64,000 nucleotides of DNA from Eledone cirrhosa (taxonomy: Eukaryota): positions 325,128,001 to 325,192,000 of the forward strand of contig OZ024741.1 of NCBI GenBank assembly GCA_964016885.1, given 5' to 3'. This document shows, piece by piece, positions 22,647 to 35,552 of the stretch (position 1 is the first letter of the stretch; each line of letters opens with the position of its first letter). Under the pieces are notes generated by a model. The model made no database searches. It was not told the DNA's origin and saw nothing but the letters and a program-made list of their open reading frames with translations. The position numbers and the translations under genes were made by a program.

Positions 22647-25600
22647 GTATTTTGTTAGAGATGCCTACTGGCTGTAGTAGGTTTTACTATGTATTTAGGT
22701 AAGGCGGGTCTTCTCTGTTACTGAGTACCGCCAAAGGTCTCGGTCCAGTGACATTGTCTTGGAGAGGTGTAAGTGTGTGAGGTCGGAGTTTATCAGCTCG
22801 TCCCAGGTTTTTCTAGGTCTGCCTATTCCGTGGCTACCGTCTATCTTTATTGCCCTGCACTTTGTTATACAGCTATCGACTTTCATGTGCATCACGTGTC
22901 CATACCAACGTAGCCTTCTCTCGAGTAAACAACATCTGATCCCTCTTATTTCTAATTTTTTCCTTAGTTCGTTTATGCTTTGCCGTTCACGTATATTACT
23001 ATTACACATCCAGCGGAGCATGCAAGCTTCGTTCCTCTCTAGTCTGCGTATATCCTCTGCACACAATGCCCAGGTCTCACTGCCATGCAACATTGCTGTT
23101 CGTATGCAGGCATCGTACAACCTGCCTTTCATTTTTAGGGAGAACCCTTTAGCAGCTAATAGTGGTATAAGCTCTCTGAACTTTTTCCAACCAGTTCTGA
23201 CTCTAGCTACTGTACTTTCAGAGCACCCTCCCTCACTGCTGATTTTATCACCCAGGTAACGGAAACTGTGCACTATTTCTATAGAACCCTCTGCGCAATT
23301 GAAAGAGCTAGTATTTTGTGGGCACTTGCTGCTACTTATTGCACCAGAGCACCGGCCACATGTAAAATCTATGTTCTTAGTTAGCTTACCTGTGATCCCA
23401 CTACATCTTTTATGCACCCATACTTTGCATTTAGGACATAAAATGGAGTTTCTACCTACGCCTTTCCTACACACTGAGCACGACCATTTCCCAGAAGGGA
23501 CCGCCGCCTTATTTTCTTTCCTACAAACTAGAACTTTAGTCTTAGCCAGGTTAATTTTAAGGCCTTTTGATTCTAGGCCGTGCTTCCATGTTTGGAATTT
23601 GTTCTCTAGCTCGGCCATTGATTCCGCTATGAGTGTCAGGTCGTCTGCGTATAGGAGTTCCCATGGGCAGCCGGTCTTGAACTCCTCTGTTATAGCCTGA
23701 AGGGCAATAATAAATAGTAGGGGGCTGAGAACAGAGCCCTGATGGACGCCAACTTTTACGCTAAACTCTTCACTATATTCGTTGTTAATTCTAACCTTGC
23801 TGACTGTTTCTTTATACATGGCTTGTATAGCTCTCACAAGCCATTCGTCAACGCCTAGTTTTCTAAGAGCCCACCAGATAATGGAGCGGGGGACTCTGTC
23901 GAAGGCTTTCTCCAAGTCGACAAAAGCTAAGTAGAGGGGTTTACCTTTAGCTAGGTACTTCTCCTGTAGTTGTACAATGAAAAGAGCGTATGTGGTACTT
24001 TTGCCTGACACAAACCCGAACTGCATTTCATCTAGGTCAATTCTCTCTCTGATTAGTTGTGCTATTACTTTTTCCGTGACCTTCATGACCTGGTCGATTA
24101 ATTTAATGCCTCTATAGTTACTCCTATCTAGGGCGTCTCCTTTACCCTTATAACAGTTAACGATGATGCTGCTATGCCAGTCCTTCGGAACAACCCCATT
24201 CTGTACGACTTGGTTAACTATGCGGGTGACCATGGTGTGTCCCACCGTGCCAGATGCCTTCAGCATCTCAGCAACTATTTCCGAAGGCCCAGCCGCCTTA
24301 CCCGTCTTCATATCCTTGATTGCCTTACTTATTATACTCCCCTCGACTAACACTGCTGGTCCCTCTATTGGGTCGATATGGGGGAGACTGTCTTTCTCCC
24401 ATTTATTCTCCTCATTTAGTAGCCTTTCATAGTGACACTTCCAAGCTACCTTCTTATCAGCGTCGGTGATGGCAAGTGTGCCATCATCGTTTAGTACACA
24501 CTTCTCCCCGACAATATCACGGTTTTCCTTGACGCATTGCCTAGCAATCCTGAACACCTCACGTTTTTGGTCATCGCGTTGTAGAACATGCTGGAACTTT
24601 CTTTCCTCAGCTTCCCTTCTTGCTAAGTACACTTGTCTCCTAGCTTCCCTCCTGGCCACTTGATAGTCTTCTCTACTTCCCCCATCCCGCCATACTTTCC
24701 AAGCCTGCTTTTTGGCCTTAATTGACCCCTCCACCTTACTGTTCCACCACCATGTTACTCTCCTCCTGCCTACAGGCCTGCTCCAGCCACAGACTTCGTC
24801 TGTCGCCAACAGTAGGTTTGCTTTCAGAAATTCCCACTCTCCCTCTATATTGTCCGACTCTAAATGTTCTTCCTTACTGTCGAAAGCATCAAGTAATATG
24901 CTTTGAAATTTATTCCTGGCTGTGGGGTCCTTTAGCTTCCATATTTTTCTCCTGAGGATAGTCCTCTTCTGCTGTCGAGTACGTCTCGTCCTGACTATGA
25001 GGTCGCTAATTATCAGTCTATGTTGGGAGGTGCATTCTTCATGGGGGAGGGATTTAGTGTTTACAACAGACACTCTGTCACGTCTTCTGGTAAGGATATA
25101 ATCTACCTGGCTTGTGTGTTCCCCGGATCTATAGGTGATCAGGTGATTGTCACGTTTTTTGAAGTTAGTGTTACAGATAGTTAGGTTATTTGCATCACAG
25201 AATTCCAGGATTCTGGAGCCTTCCTCATTTCTAGTACCAAACCCATAGCCTCCATGGATTTCGTCGTAGCCGTCACAATGTTGTCCAACGTGACTATTTA
25301 GGTCGCCTGCAATAATTATATAGTCACTGTCGGATATTTGGGAGGTGGTTAGCATCAGTGTCTCATAGAATCTGTCTTTTATAGTGCCGGGCAGTCCGGA
25401 TTGGGGTGCGTACGCAGATATTACTGTCACCGTAGTTCTATTGAGGACAAGTCGTATTTTAATTATTCTGTCGTTCACTCTATTTACGTCTATTATCTTA
25501 TCTGCCCACTTTTCTGCTACCATGATTCCTACTCCACCCAGCCCATCGTCGTTTCCCACCCAGAAAAGCTTATAACATCGTTTTTTACCCTCAATGAATC

Positions 25601-26361
25601 TAGCAGACCCACCCCTCCACCTGGTCTCTTGAATACAACAAACATCGACCTCCTTACGTTCAAGCATTTCTACAACCTCGTTAGCGCGACCCTTTAGGGT
25701 GCCTACATTTATGGTACCAACTCTGAAGTTTTGGATTGCGTTTGGGGGTGGGGGGCGGGGGGCGATGGGGTTATGTTAGCCGTCCGCGGTCGAAACAATG
25801 AGGAGTGCTCGCATTCTCGTCCACGAGGTGAATTTGTCTTTATCTTTATCTTTGGCATTGTCGCTGAGCGTCCAGATTTTTCTCTCTCTCCTCCACTCTC
25901 CAGGATTCCGCAGTCCATCCATCCATCATATATCGAAAGGCAACCAGGCAAGCGATAGTATAGGCCTCTGGCTTATGATTGGTCCGCGTAATAATAATAC
26001 TGGTGATGCGTGGGGGCTCTGGCTTATGATTGGTCCATGTAATAGCAATGGTGGTGCGTGGGGGCGGGAGGGAGGGGTGTTGGGTAGCTAGATAGAAGGT
26101 AATGATTGAATGGGGTCCTTGCATTTAACAAGCGATTAACAAAAATACAAAATTTGTTCTGTTCAATACGACAAAAACTTTTGTATCTAACAATTAATGA
26201 TACAAAAAATGTAGATTGTTTTAGCAATAGATTGGCTATTTGGACTTGATACGAAATATGGAGTGTGGAGGTAGAGATGAAAGAAAAATATGTACATTAC
26301 GTTACATGAATATCGTGGAGGAGACAGCAATGCAATGAAATTTGGCGAAGTGAATTTCTAT

Positions 26362-26362
<1 letters not shown>
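22647..26362 (-). mobile_element. Near full-length RTE-clade LINE, family A; 3' UTR truncated
   Basis: Single APE+RT ORF with ~550-nt 5' region ending at (TA)n; lacks the (TGA)n tail present in sibling copies. Confidence 0.92.
22695..25814 (-). pseudogene. RTE-A ORF (APE endonuclease, RT, PHD finger); open for 990 aa from the internal Met
   Basis: [38 protein letters not shown]. The upstream ATG (25814) is separated from the ORF by an in-frame TAA at 25778-25776; one-codon loss in FIV-QLQ. Confidence 0.85.
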
Positions 26363-26406
<44 letters not shown>

Positions 26407-26528
26407 GGCTAAGAGAGAGAGAGAGGGGGTTGGCCGCATGACGTATATATATATATACACACACATATATACATATATATATACACATATATATATATAC
26501 ACACACACACACACATATATATATATAT

Positions 26529-28186
26529 CCCTGCTGTATTAGCGATAAATTTTCGAGGGTTTCTCTTAGTAGCTTTTTTCATGACGTTATTATTGTTAAT
26601 TTTACTGATGTAGTATTAACTTATTAACTTGGATATTTACCATGCGGTATTCTAATCCTATTGTATCTCTCTCAGTTATTTACCATGCGACCCTCAGTTC
26701 CTACCCCCCCCCCCTCTCTATGCACTTCTTTAAGGCTTACTACCCTGTCTTTAACCTAATTCATTCAATCTGAAAATATTGAAGAGATAAGACACTTTGC
26801 CATTCTTCTCTGCTAAAATGTACCACTAGAGTTGATTCAATTTTCCCAGCCAGCCATCCACCTAATCTACGAAGGTATTTTAGCCTACATATTGTCGTTA
26901 ATATTATGATGTTCCCTGCTGTATTAGCGTTAAATTTTCCCTGCTGTATTAGCGATAAATTTTCGAGGGTTTCTCTTAGTAGCTTTTTCATGTCGTTAAT
27001 ATTATGATGTTCCCTGCTGTATTAGCGTTAAATTTTCCCTGCTGTATTAGCGATAAATTTTCGAGGGTTTCTCTTAGTAGCTTTTTTCATGACGTTATTA
27101 TTGTTAATTTTACTGATGTAGTATTAACTTATTAACTTGGATATTTACCATGCGGTATTCTAATCCTATTGTATCTCTCTCAGTTATTTACCATGCGACC
27201 CTCAGTTCCTACCCCCCCCCCCCCTCTCTATGCACTTCTTTAAGGCTTACTACCCTGTCTTTAACCTAATTCATTCAATCTGAAAATATTGAAGAGATAA
27301 GACACTTTGCCATTCTTCTCTGCTAAAATGTACCACTAGAGTTGATTCAATTTTCCCAGCCAGCCATCCACCTAATCTACGAAGGTATTTTAGCCTACAT
27401 ATTGTCGTTAATATTATGATGTTCCCTGCTGTATTAGCGTTAAATTTTCCCTGCTGTATTAGCGATAAATTTTCGAGGGTTTCTCTTAGTAGCTTTTTCA
27501 TGTCGTTAATATTATGATGTTCCCTGCTGTATTAGCGTTAAATTTTCCCTGCTGTATTAGCGATAAATTTTCGAGGGTTTCTCTTAGTAGCTTTTTTCAT
27601 GACGTTATTATTGTTAATTTTACTGATGTAGTATTAACTTATTAACTTGGATATTTACCATGCGGTATTCTAATCCTATTGTATCTCTCTCAGTTATTTA
27701 CCATGCGACCCTCAGTTCCTACCCCCCCCCCCCCCCCCTCTCTATGCACTTCTTTAAGGCTTACTACCCTGTCTTTAACCTAATTCATTCAATCTGAAAA
27801 TATTGAAGAGATAAGACACTTTGCCATTCTTCTCTGCTAAAATGTACCACTAGAGTTGATTCAATTTTCCCAGCCAGCCATCCACCTAATCTACGAAGGT
27901 ATTTTAGCCTACATATTGTCGTTAATATTATGATGTTCCCTGCTGTATTAGCGTTAAATTTTCCCTGCTGTATTAGCGATAAATTTTCGAGGGTTTCTCT
28001 TAGTAGCTTTTTCATGTCGTTAATATTATGATGTTCCCTGCTGTATTAGCGTTAAATTTTCCCTGCTGTATTAGCGATAAATTTTCGAGGGTTTCTCTTA
28101 GTAGCTTTTTTCATGACGTTATTATTGTTAATTTTACTGATGTAGTTTTAACTTGGATATTTACCATGCGACCCTCAGTTCCTACC
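26529..28186 (+). repeat. ~510-bp tandem monomers (3 + partial) upstream of the RTE-B ORF
   Basis: Unit starts at ~26529, 27037, 27547 and 28061, near-identical apart from C-run length; each contains an internal ~99-bp duplication. Confidence 0.95.
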
Positions 28187-28429
28187 TCACAATTTCCCTC
28201 CCCCCCACCCCCACACACCACCATAGTCTATCCGACCAATCAAACCTAGCATGCCATTTCCACTGCTGCTGCTGCTACTACCTGCCTAACTAACTCTCTT
28301 CTCCTCTGGCGCATCCCAACACACCCTGCCATTACCCCACCACCACTGTCCTTCTAGCCCTCAATTTTCCCACCGTTATGGATGGATGAGCTGGGAATAC
28401 ACGAGCAACTCTGAATCAATAGATGAAAT

Positions 28430-31400
28430 ATGAATCTGCGAGCTACCAAGCACCCACGTGAAGCGCCAACCCAGAGACCCTCCCCTACGAGTGTCGACAA
28501 ATGCCCAAAACTCCGAGTTGGTACCATCAATGTAGGCTCAATGAAAGGAAGAGCAGGAGAAATCGTAGAAATGCTAGAGCGAAAGGAAGTTGATGTATGC
28601 TGTGTGCAAGAGACTAGATGGAGAGGAGGGTCTGCTAGAGTCCTTGTAGGAAAAGGCCAGTGCTACAAATTTTTCTGGGTGGGAAATGACGATGGGATGG
28701 GTGGTGTAGGTATACTATTAGCTGACAAGTGGGTAGATAAAGTAATCTCAGTGTACAGGGTAAATGCAAGAATCATTAAACTCAGACTAGTCCTGAATAA
28801 GACAATTACCACAATAATATCAGCTTACGCACCCCAATCGGGGCTGCCAGACGAACTTAAGGATAGGTTTTACGAGTCCCTAATACACACTACTGCTCTA
28901 ACAGACGACAAGGACTTCCTAATCATTGCAGGAGATTTTAACGGACACGTAGGTAAACACTGCGACGGCTTCAATAGAGTACATGGAGGCCATGGAGTTG
29001 GCACAAGGAATGAGGAAGGATTCAGACTTCTAGAATTCTGCGACGCCAATGACATGTCGATATGTAACACAAACTTTAAAAAACCCGACAACCACCTGAT
29101 CACCTATAGATCAGGGGAGCACTCTAGTCAGTTAGATTTTATCCTCATCAGAGGACGTGACAGATGGACGGTCGTAAACACAAAAGCCTTCCCTAGTGAG
29201 GAATGTACATCCCAACATAGCTTAGTTGTCAGCGACCTCACGGTCAGAACTAGACGAGCCCTGAAACAGAGGCCAACCTGGAGAAGAAAGATCTGGAAGC
29301 TGAAAGTCCCCTCAACCAGTAACAGATTTAAAGATATTTTACTCAACGCCTACGACAGTAAAGAAGAACAGATAGAGACATTTAACGTAGAAGAGAACTG
29401 GGAGTTCCTAAAAAATAACTTACTAGAGGCGACGGATGAGGTTTGTGGCTGGAGTAAGACCTCAAGCAGGAGGAGAGTGACTTGGTGGTGGAACAATAAG
29501 GTAGATGAAGCAGTCAAGGCCAAGAGACAGGCATGGAAAGAATGGAAGAACGGGGGGAGCAGGGTACATTACATAGAGACCAAGAGGGAAGCTAGGCGAC
29601 AAGTATACTTAGCTAGGAGGGAAGCAGAGGATAGAAAATTCAAGCATGTTTTACAACGTGAGGACCAGAAACAGGAGGTATTCAAGATTGCGAGGCAGTG
29701 TGTCAGAGATAGTTGTGATGTCATTGGAGAGAAGTGTATCCGGAATGATAAAGGTGAGCTTGCCCTCACAAGTGCTGAGAAGAAAGATGCATGGAAGAGT
29801 CATTATGATAGATTACTAAATGAGGAGAATGCATGGGAAGAAGAGACCCTACCCCACGTAGACCCTATAGAGGGACCAGCAGTACAAGTCAGCGGCAGCG
29901 TAGTAAGTAAGGCAATCAGAGATATGAAGATAGGGAAGGCAACCGGTCCATCGGGTATAGCTGCCGAGATGCTGAAGGCATCTGGGTCTGTAGGTCACAC
30001 TATAACCACACGTATCGTTAACCAGGTAATACTAGAGGGGGCCATACCAAAAGATTGGTGCAGTAGCATCATTGTCAACTGCTACAAAGGTAAAGGCGAT
30101 GCACTAGATAGAGGAAACTATAGAGGTATAAAGTTGATGGACCAGGTCATGAAAGTAACAGAAAGAGTTATAGCACAGCTGATTAGGGACCGGGTGAATA
30201 TAGACGAGATGCAATTTGGGTTTGTTCCAGGGAAAGGCACCACTGATGCGCTCTTCCTTGTGAGGCAATTACAGGAAAAGTACCTAGCTAAAAGTAAGCC
30301 ACTCTACTTGGCATTTGTCGACCTTGAGAAAGCCTTTGACAGAGTTCCACGTGCAGTAATCTGGTGGGCTCTTAGAAAACTAGGAGTAGATGAATGGCTT
30401 GTGAAAGCGGTACAAGCCATGTATAGGGGAGCAGTCAGCAAAGTTAGGATTGGCAATGAGTATAGCGAGGAATTTAGCGTACAGGTTGGGGTCCACCAGG
30501 GCTCTGTTCTTAGCCCTCTCCTGTTCATCATAGTCCTGCAGGCAATAACGGAGGAGTTTAAGACCGGATGCCCATGGGAACTCCTGTATGCTGATGACCT
30601 CGCACTCATAGCTGAATCTATGGTAGAACTAGAGAATAAATTCCAAACCTGGAAGCAGGGACTAGAGAGAAAGGGCCTCAAAGTCAACATGACAAAGACT
30701 AAGGTCCTTATAAGTAGACGAGAAAACAGAACCCAGATCCCCTCAGGGAAATGGCCTTGCTCAGTATGTAGGAAAGGTGTAGGTAGGAACTCCATTCTCT
30801 GCCCCAAATGCAAACAATGGGTACACAAGAGATGTAGCGGGATCTCAGGAAGCTTAATTAAGAATGTAGGATTCACATGCAGCAGCTGTGCTGAAACAGC
30901 AAGCAAACAGCCACAGGAAACAAGTACCACCAATCTCTGGGAGGGCCCTGTAGAAACAGTAGACAGCTTCTGCTACCTAGGTGACCGAATTAGCAACGGA
31001 GGTGGGTGCTCAGAAAGTACAATAACTAGGGTAAGAACGGGATGGAAGAAGTTTAGGGAACTACTACCACTGCTAGCTGCAAAAGGCTTCTCCCTCAGAA
31101 TGAAAGGCAGACTGTATGATGCGTGTATCCGAACAGCGATGTTGCATGGTAGTGAGACCTGGGCGCTGAAGGTGGAAGACTTACGTAGATTAGAGAGAAA
31201 CGAAGCCTGCATGCTCCGATGGATGTGTAACAGTAATATACGTGAACGACAAAGCATAAATGAATTGAGAGAGAGACTGAGCATAAGAGGAATCAAATGC
31301 TGCGTGCAGGAGAGGCGGTTACGCTGGTATGGACATGTGATGCGTATGAAGGATGACAGCTGCATAAAAAGGTGCAGAGCACTAGAAGTTGATGGAAACC

Positions 31401-31549
31401 GCGGAGTGGGGAGACCCAAGATGACTTGGGATGAGGTGATAAAAGCCGACCTTACCCAACTACACCTCTCAAAGTCAATGACACACGACCGTGACTTCTG
31501 GCGTCACGCAGTAATACAGGGTACCCGACCTCCCATGGGTACATGCTGA
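28430..31549 (+). CDS. Intact RTE-clade LINE ORF, family B (APE + RT + PHD finger), 1039 aa
   Basis: ATG start; [44 protein letters not shown]; C4HC3 finger; RRLRWYGHV tail; no stops. Confidence 0.95.
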   Translation: MNLRATKHPREAPTQRPSPTSVDKCPKLRVGTINVGSMKGRAGEIVEMLERKEVDVCCVQETRWRGGSARVLVGKGQCYKFFWVGNDDGMGGVGILLADKWVDKVISVYRVNARIIKLRLVLNKTITTIISAYAPQSGLPDELKDRFYESLIHTTALTDDKDFLIIAGDFNGHVGKHCDGFNRVHGGHGVGTRNEEGFRLLEFCDANDMSICNTNFKKPDNHLITYRSGEHSSQLDFILIRGRDRWTVVNTKAFPSEECTSQHSLVVSDLTVRTRRALKQRPTWRRKIWKLKVPSTSNRFKDILLNAYDSKEEQIETFNVEENWEFLKNNLLEATDEVCGWSKTSSRRRVTWWWNNKVDEAVKAKRQAWKEWKNGGSRVHYIETKREARRQVYLARREAEDRKFKHVLQREDQKQEVFKIARQCVRDSCDVIGEKCIRNDKGELALTSAEKKDAWKSHYDRLLNEENAWEEETLPHVDPIEGPAVQVSGSVVSKAIRDMKIGKATGPSGIAAEMLKASGSVGHTITTRIVNQVILEGAIPKDWCSSIIVNCYKGKGDALDRGNYRGIKLMDQVMKVTERVIAQLIRDRVNIDEMQFGFVPGKGTTDALFLVRQLQEKYLAKSKPLYLAFVDLEKAFDRVPRAVIWWALRKLGVDEWLVKAVQAMYRGAVSKVRIGNEYSEEFSVQVGVHQGSVLSPLLFIIVLQAITEEFKTGCPWELLYADDLALIAESMVELENKFQTWKQGLERKGLKVNMTKTKVLISRRENRTQIPSGKWPCSVCRKGVGRNSILCPKCKQWVHKRCSGISGSLIKNVGFTCSSCAETASKQPQETSTTNLWEGPVETVDSFCYLGDRISNGGGCSESTITRVRTGWKKFRELLPLLAAKGFSLRMKGRLYDACIRTAMLHGSETWALKVEDLRRLERNEACMLRWMCNSNIRERQSINELRERLSIRGIKCCVQERRLRWYGHVMRMKDDSCIKRCRALEVDGNRGVGRPKMTWDEVIKADLTQLHLSKSMTHDRDFWRHAVIQGTRPPMGTC

Positions 31550-31852
31550 AGCATATAAACAATATGCCCCCCCCCCCCCACCGCAAGGTGGTCGTGGAGG
31601 TGCCACGGCAAAAAAGCACCCAGCCCACACTGTAAAGTGGACGTGTAGGCGCCACGAAAAAGCACCCAGCACTCACTGTAAATGAGGTTGGTGTTAGGAA
31701 GGGCATCCAGCTGTAGAAATCAAGCCAGATCAGTTCCTGTATGAGCAAGGCATGGTCAGCCGACCAGACACTGCCCACAACAGGACAACCCGTCTAACCC
31801 ATGCTAGCGTGGAAGAACGGACGTAAAACGGTGATGATGATGATGATGATGA
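31550..31852 (+). mobile_element. RTE-B 3' UTR with (GAT)n tail merging into (TA)n
   Basis: GGTGTTAGGAAGGGCATCCAGCTGTAGAAA...GGACGTAAAACGGTGATGATG. Confidence 0.9.
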
Positions 31853-31955
31853 TATATATATACACATATATATATATATATATACACATATATATATATA
31901 TATATACACATATATATATATATATATACACATATATATATATATATATATACAC

Positions 31956-31986
<31 letters not shown>

Positions 31987-32132
31987 TATATATATATATA
32001 CTCATATATATACATATATATACACATATATATACATATATATACATATATATATATACATATATATACATATATATATATACATATATATACATATATA
32101 TACATATATATATATACATATATATACATATT

Positions 32133-32193
<61 letters not shown>

Positions 32194-32207
32194 ACATACA
32201 CATATAT

Positions 32208-34208
32208 ATCATCATCATCATCATCATCAACGTTTAACGTCCGTGTTCCACGCTTGCATGGGTTTGGACGGGGGTAGTCCCACTTGAGGCAAGAGTGATT
32301 GTCTTGCTCGCATAGGACTGTCTGGCAGGTTTTCTACAGTTGGATGCCTTTCCTAACACCAACCACATTTACAGTTTGGGTCTGGGAGGTTTTTACCGTG
32401 TTGCCTACACGGCCACATTACAGCGTGGACTGTGTGTTTTTTTGTCGTGACACCTACACGATCTCATTTGTTTCGGCCTGGATGGCGCGGCACCAACATA
32501 ACTTTACATAGAACGGGGTGGTGTGGATGGGGTGGGGGTGGTGGCGGGACGGGGTGTATTTTGTTAGAGATGCCTACTGGCAAGGCGGGTCTTCTCTGTT
32601 ACTGAGTACCGCCAAAGGTCTCGGTCCAGTGACATTGTCTTGGAGAGGTGTAAGTGTGTGAGGTCGGAGTTTATCAGCTCATCCCATGTTTTTCTAGGTC
32701 TGCCTATTCCGTGGCTACCGTCTATCTTTATTGCCCTGCACTTTGTTATACAGCTATCGACTTTCATGCGCATCACGTGTCCATACCAACGCAGCCTTCT
32801 CTCGAGTAAACAACATCTGATCCCTCTTATCTCTAATTTTTTCCTTAGTTCGTTTATGCTTTGCCGTTCACGTATATTACTGTTACACATCCAGCGGAGC
32901 ATGCAAGCTTCGTTCCTCTCTAGTCTGCGTATATCCTCTGCACACAATGCCCAGGTCTCACTACCATGCAACATTGCTGTTCGTATGCAGGCATCGTACA
33001 ACCTGCCTTTCATTTTTAGGGAGAACCCTTTAGCAGCTAATAGTGGTATAAGCTCTCTGAACTTTTTCCAACCAGTTCTGACTCTAGCTACAGTACTTTC
33101 AGAGCACCCTCCCCCACTGCTGATTTTATCGCCCAGGTAACGGAAGCTGTCCACTATTTCTATAGAACCCTCTGCGCAATTGAAAGAGCTAGTATTTTGT
33201 GGGCACTTGCTGCTACTTATTGCACCAGAACACCGGCCACATGTAAAATCTATGTTCCTAGTTAGCTTACCTGTGATCCCACTACATCTTTTATGCACCC
33301 ATACTTTGCATTTAGGACATAAAATGGAGTTTCTACCTACGCCTTTCCTACACACCGAGCACGACCATTTCCCAGAAGGGACCGCCGCCTTGTTTTCTTT
33401 CCTACAAACTAGAACTTTGGTCTTGGCCAGGTTAATTTTAAGTCCTTTTGACTCTAGGCCGTGCTTCCATGTTTGGAATTTGTTCTCTAGCTCGGCCATT
33501 GATTCCGCTATGAGTGTCAGGTCGTCTGCGTATAGGAGTTCCCATGGGCAGCCTGTCTTGAACTCCTCTGTTATAGCTTGAAGGGCAATAATAAATAGTA
33601 GGGGGCTGAGAACAGAGCCCTGATGGACGCCAACTTTTACGCTAAACTCTTCACTATATTCGTTGTTAATTCTAACCTTGCTGACTGTTTCTTTATACAT
33701 GGCTTGTATAGCCCTCACAAGCCATTCGTCGACGCCTAGTTTTCTAAGAGCCCACCAGATAATGGAGCGGGGGACTCTGTCGAAGGCTTTCTCCAGGTCG
33801 ACAAAAGCTAAGTAGAGGGGTTTACCTTTAGCTAGGTACTTCTCCTGTAGTTGTCGTACTATGAAAAGGGCGTCTGTGGTGCTTTTGCCTGACACAAACC
33901 CGAACTGCATTTCATCTAGGTCAATTCTCTCTCTGATTAGTTGCGCTATTACTTTTTCCGTGACCTTCATGACCTGGTCGATTAATTTAATGCCTCTATA
34001 GTTACTCCTATCTAGGGCGTCTCCTTTACCCTTATAACAGTTAACGATGATGCTGCTATGCCAGTCCTTCGGAACAACCCCATTCTGTACGACTTGGTTA
34101 ACTATGCGGGTGACCATGGTGTGTCCCACCGTGCCAGATGCCTTCAGCATCTCAGCAACTATTTCCGAAGGCCCAGCCGCCTTACCCGTCTTCATATCCT
34201 TGATTGCT
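32208..34208 (-). mobile_element. 5'-truncated RTE-A copy (RT to 3' tail)
   Basis: Near-identical to 22650-24325; (CAT)n on + strand at 32208; small deletion removes the stop (KTRLASRHL). Confidence 0.92.
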
Positions 34209-34238
34209 ATATATATATATATATATATACATATATAT

Positions 34239-34279
<41 letters not shown>

Positions 34280-34414
34280 CACATATATATATATATATAT
34301 ATACATATATATACACATATATATATATATATCTATATATACACATAGATATATATATATATACACATATATATATATATATATATACACATTTATATAT
34401 ATATATATATATAT

Positions 34415-34457
<43 letters not shown>

Positions 34458-34512
34458 TATATATATATATACACATATATATATATATATATACACATAT
34501 ATATATATATAT

Positions 34513-34576
<64 letters not shown>

Positions 34577-34581
<5 letters not shown>

Positions 34582-35480
34582 TGCATACGAACAGCAATGC
34601 TGCATGGCAGTGAGACCTGGGCATTGTGTGCAGAGGATATACGCAGACTAGAGAGGAACGAAGCTTGCATGCTCCGCTGGATGTGCAATAGTAATATACG
34701 TGAACGGCAAAGCATAAACGAACTAAGGAAAAAATTAGAAATAAGAGGGATCAGATGTTGTTTACTCGAGAGAAGGCTACGTTGGTACAGTCACGTGATG
34801 CGCATGAAAGACGACAGCTGTATAACAAAGTGCAGGGCAATAAAGATAGACGGTAGCCACGGAGTAGGCAGACCCAGAAAAACATGGGATGAGCTGATAG
34901 ATTCCGACCTCACACGCTTACACCTCTCCAAGACAATGTCACTGGACCGAGACCTTTGGCGGTACTCAGTAATAGAGAAGACCCGCCTTACCTAAATACA
35001 AAGTAAAAACCTACTACAGTCAGTAGGCATCTCTATCAAAACACACCCCCGCCCCACCACCTCCACCCCATCCACACCGCCCCTTTCAATGTAAAGTTAT
35101 GTTGGTCCCACAACATCCAGGCCGAAACAAATGAGATCGTGTAGGTGTCACGACAAAAAAACACATAGTCCACGCTGTAAATGTGGCCGTGTAGGCAACA
35201 CGGTAAAAACCTCCCAGACCCACACTGTAAATGTGGTTGGTGTTAGGAAGGGCATCCAGCTGTAGAAAACCCGCCAGACAGTCCACGCTGTAATGTGGCC
35301 GTGTAGGCAACACGGTAAAAACCTCCCAGCCCCACACTGTAAATGTGGTTGGTGTTAGGAAGGGCATCCAACTGTAGAAAACCCGCCAGACAGTCCTATG
35401 CGAGCAAGACAACCACTCTTGCCTCAAGTGGGAAAACCCCCGTCCAAACCCATGCAAGCGTGGAACACGGACGCTAAACC

Positions 35481-35513
<33 letters not shown>
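34577..35513 (+). mobile_element. 5'-truncated RTE-A copy with ~113-bp duplication in the 3' UTR
   Basis: [14 protein letters not shown]...EKTRLT*, then UTR and (TGA)n. Confidence 0.9.
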
Positions 35514-35514
<1 letters not shown>

Positions 35515-35552
35515 ATATACACATATATATATATATATATACACACACATAT

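Noticed and set aside
26761-28015. Three identical 76-aa minus-strand ORFs
   Set aside because: Consequence of the 510-bp tandem repeat; no recognisable domain
22759-33581. Antisense ORFs of 130-210 aa overlapping RTE ORFs
   Set aside because: Shadow frames of the LINE coding strand
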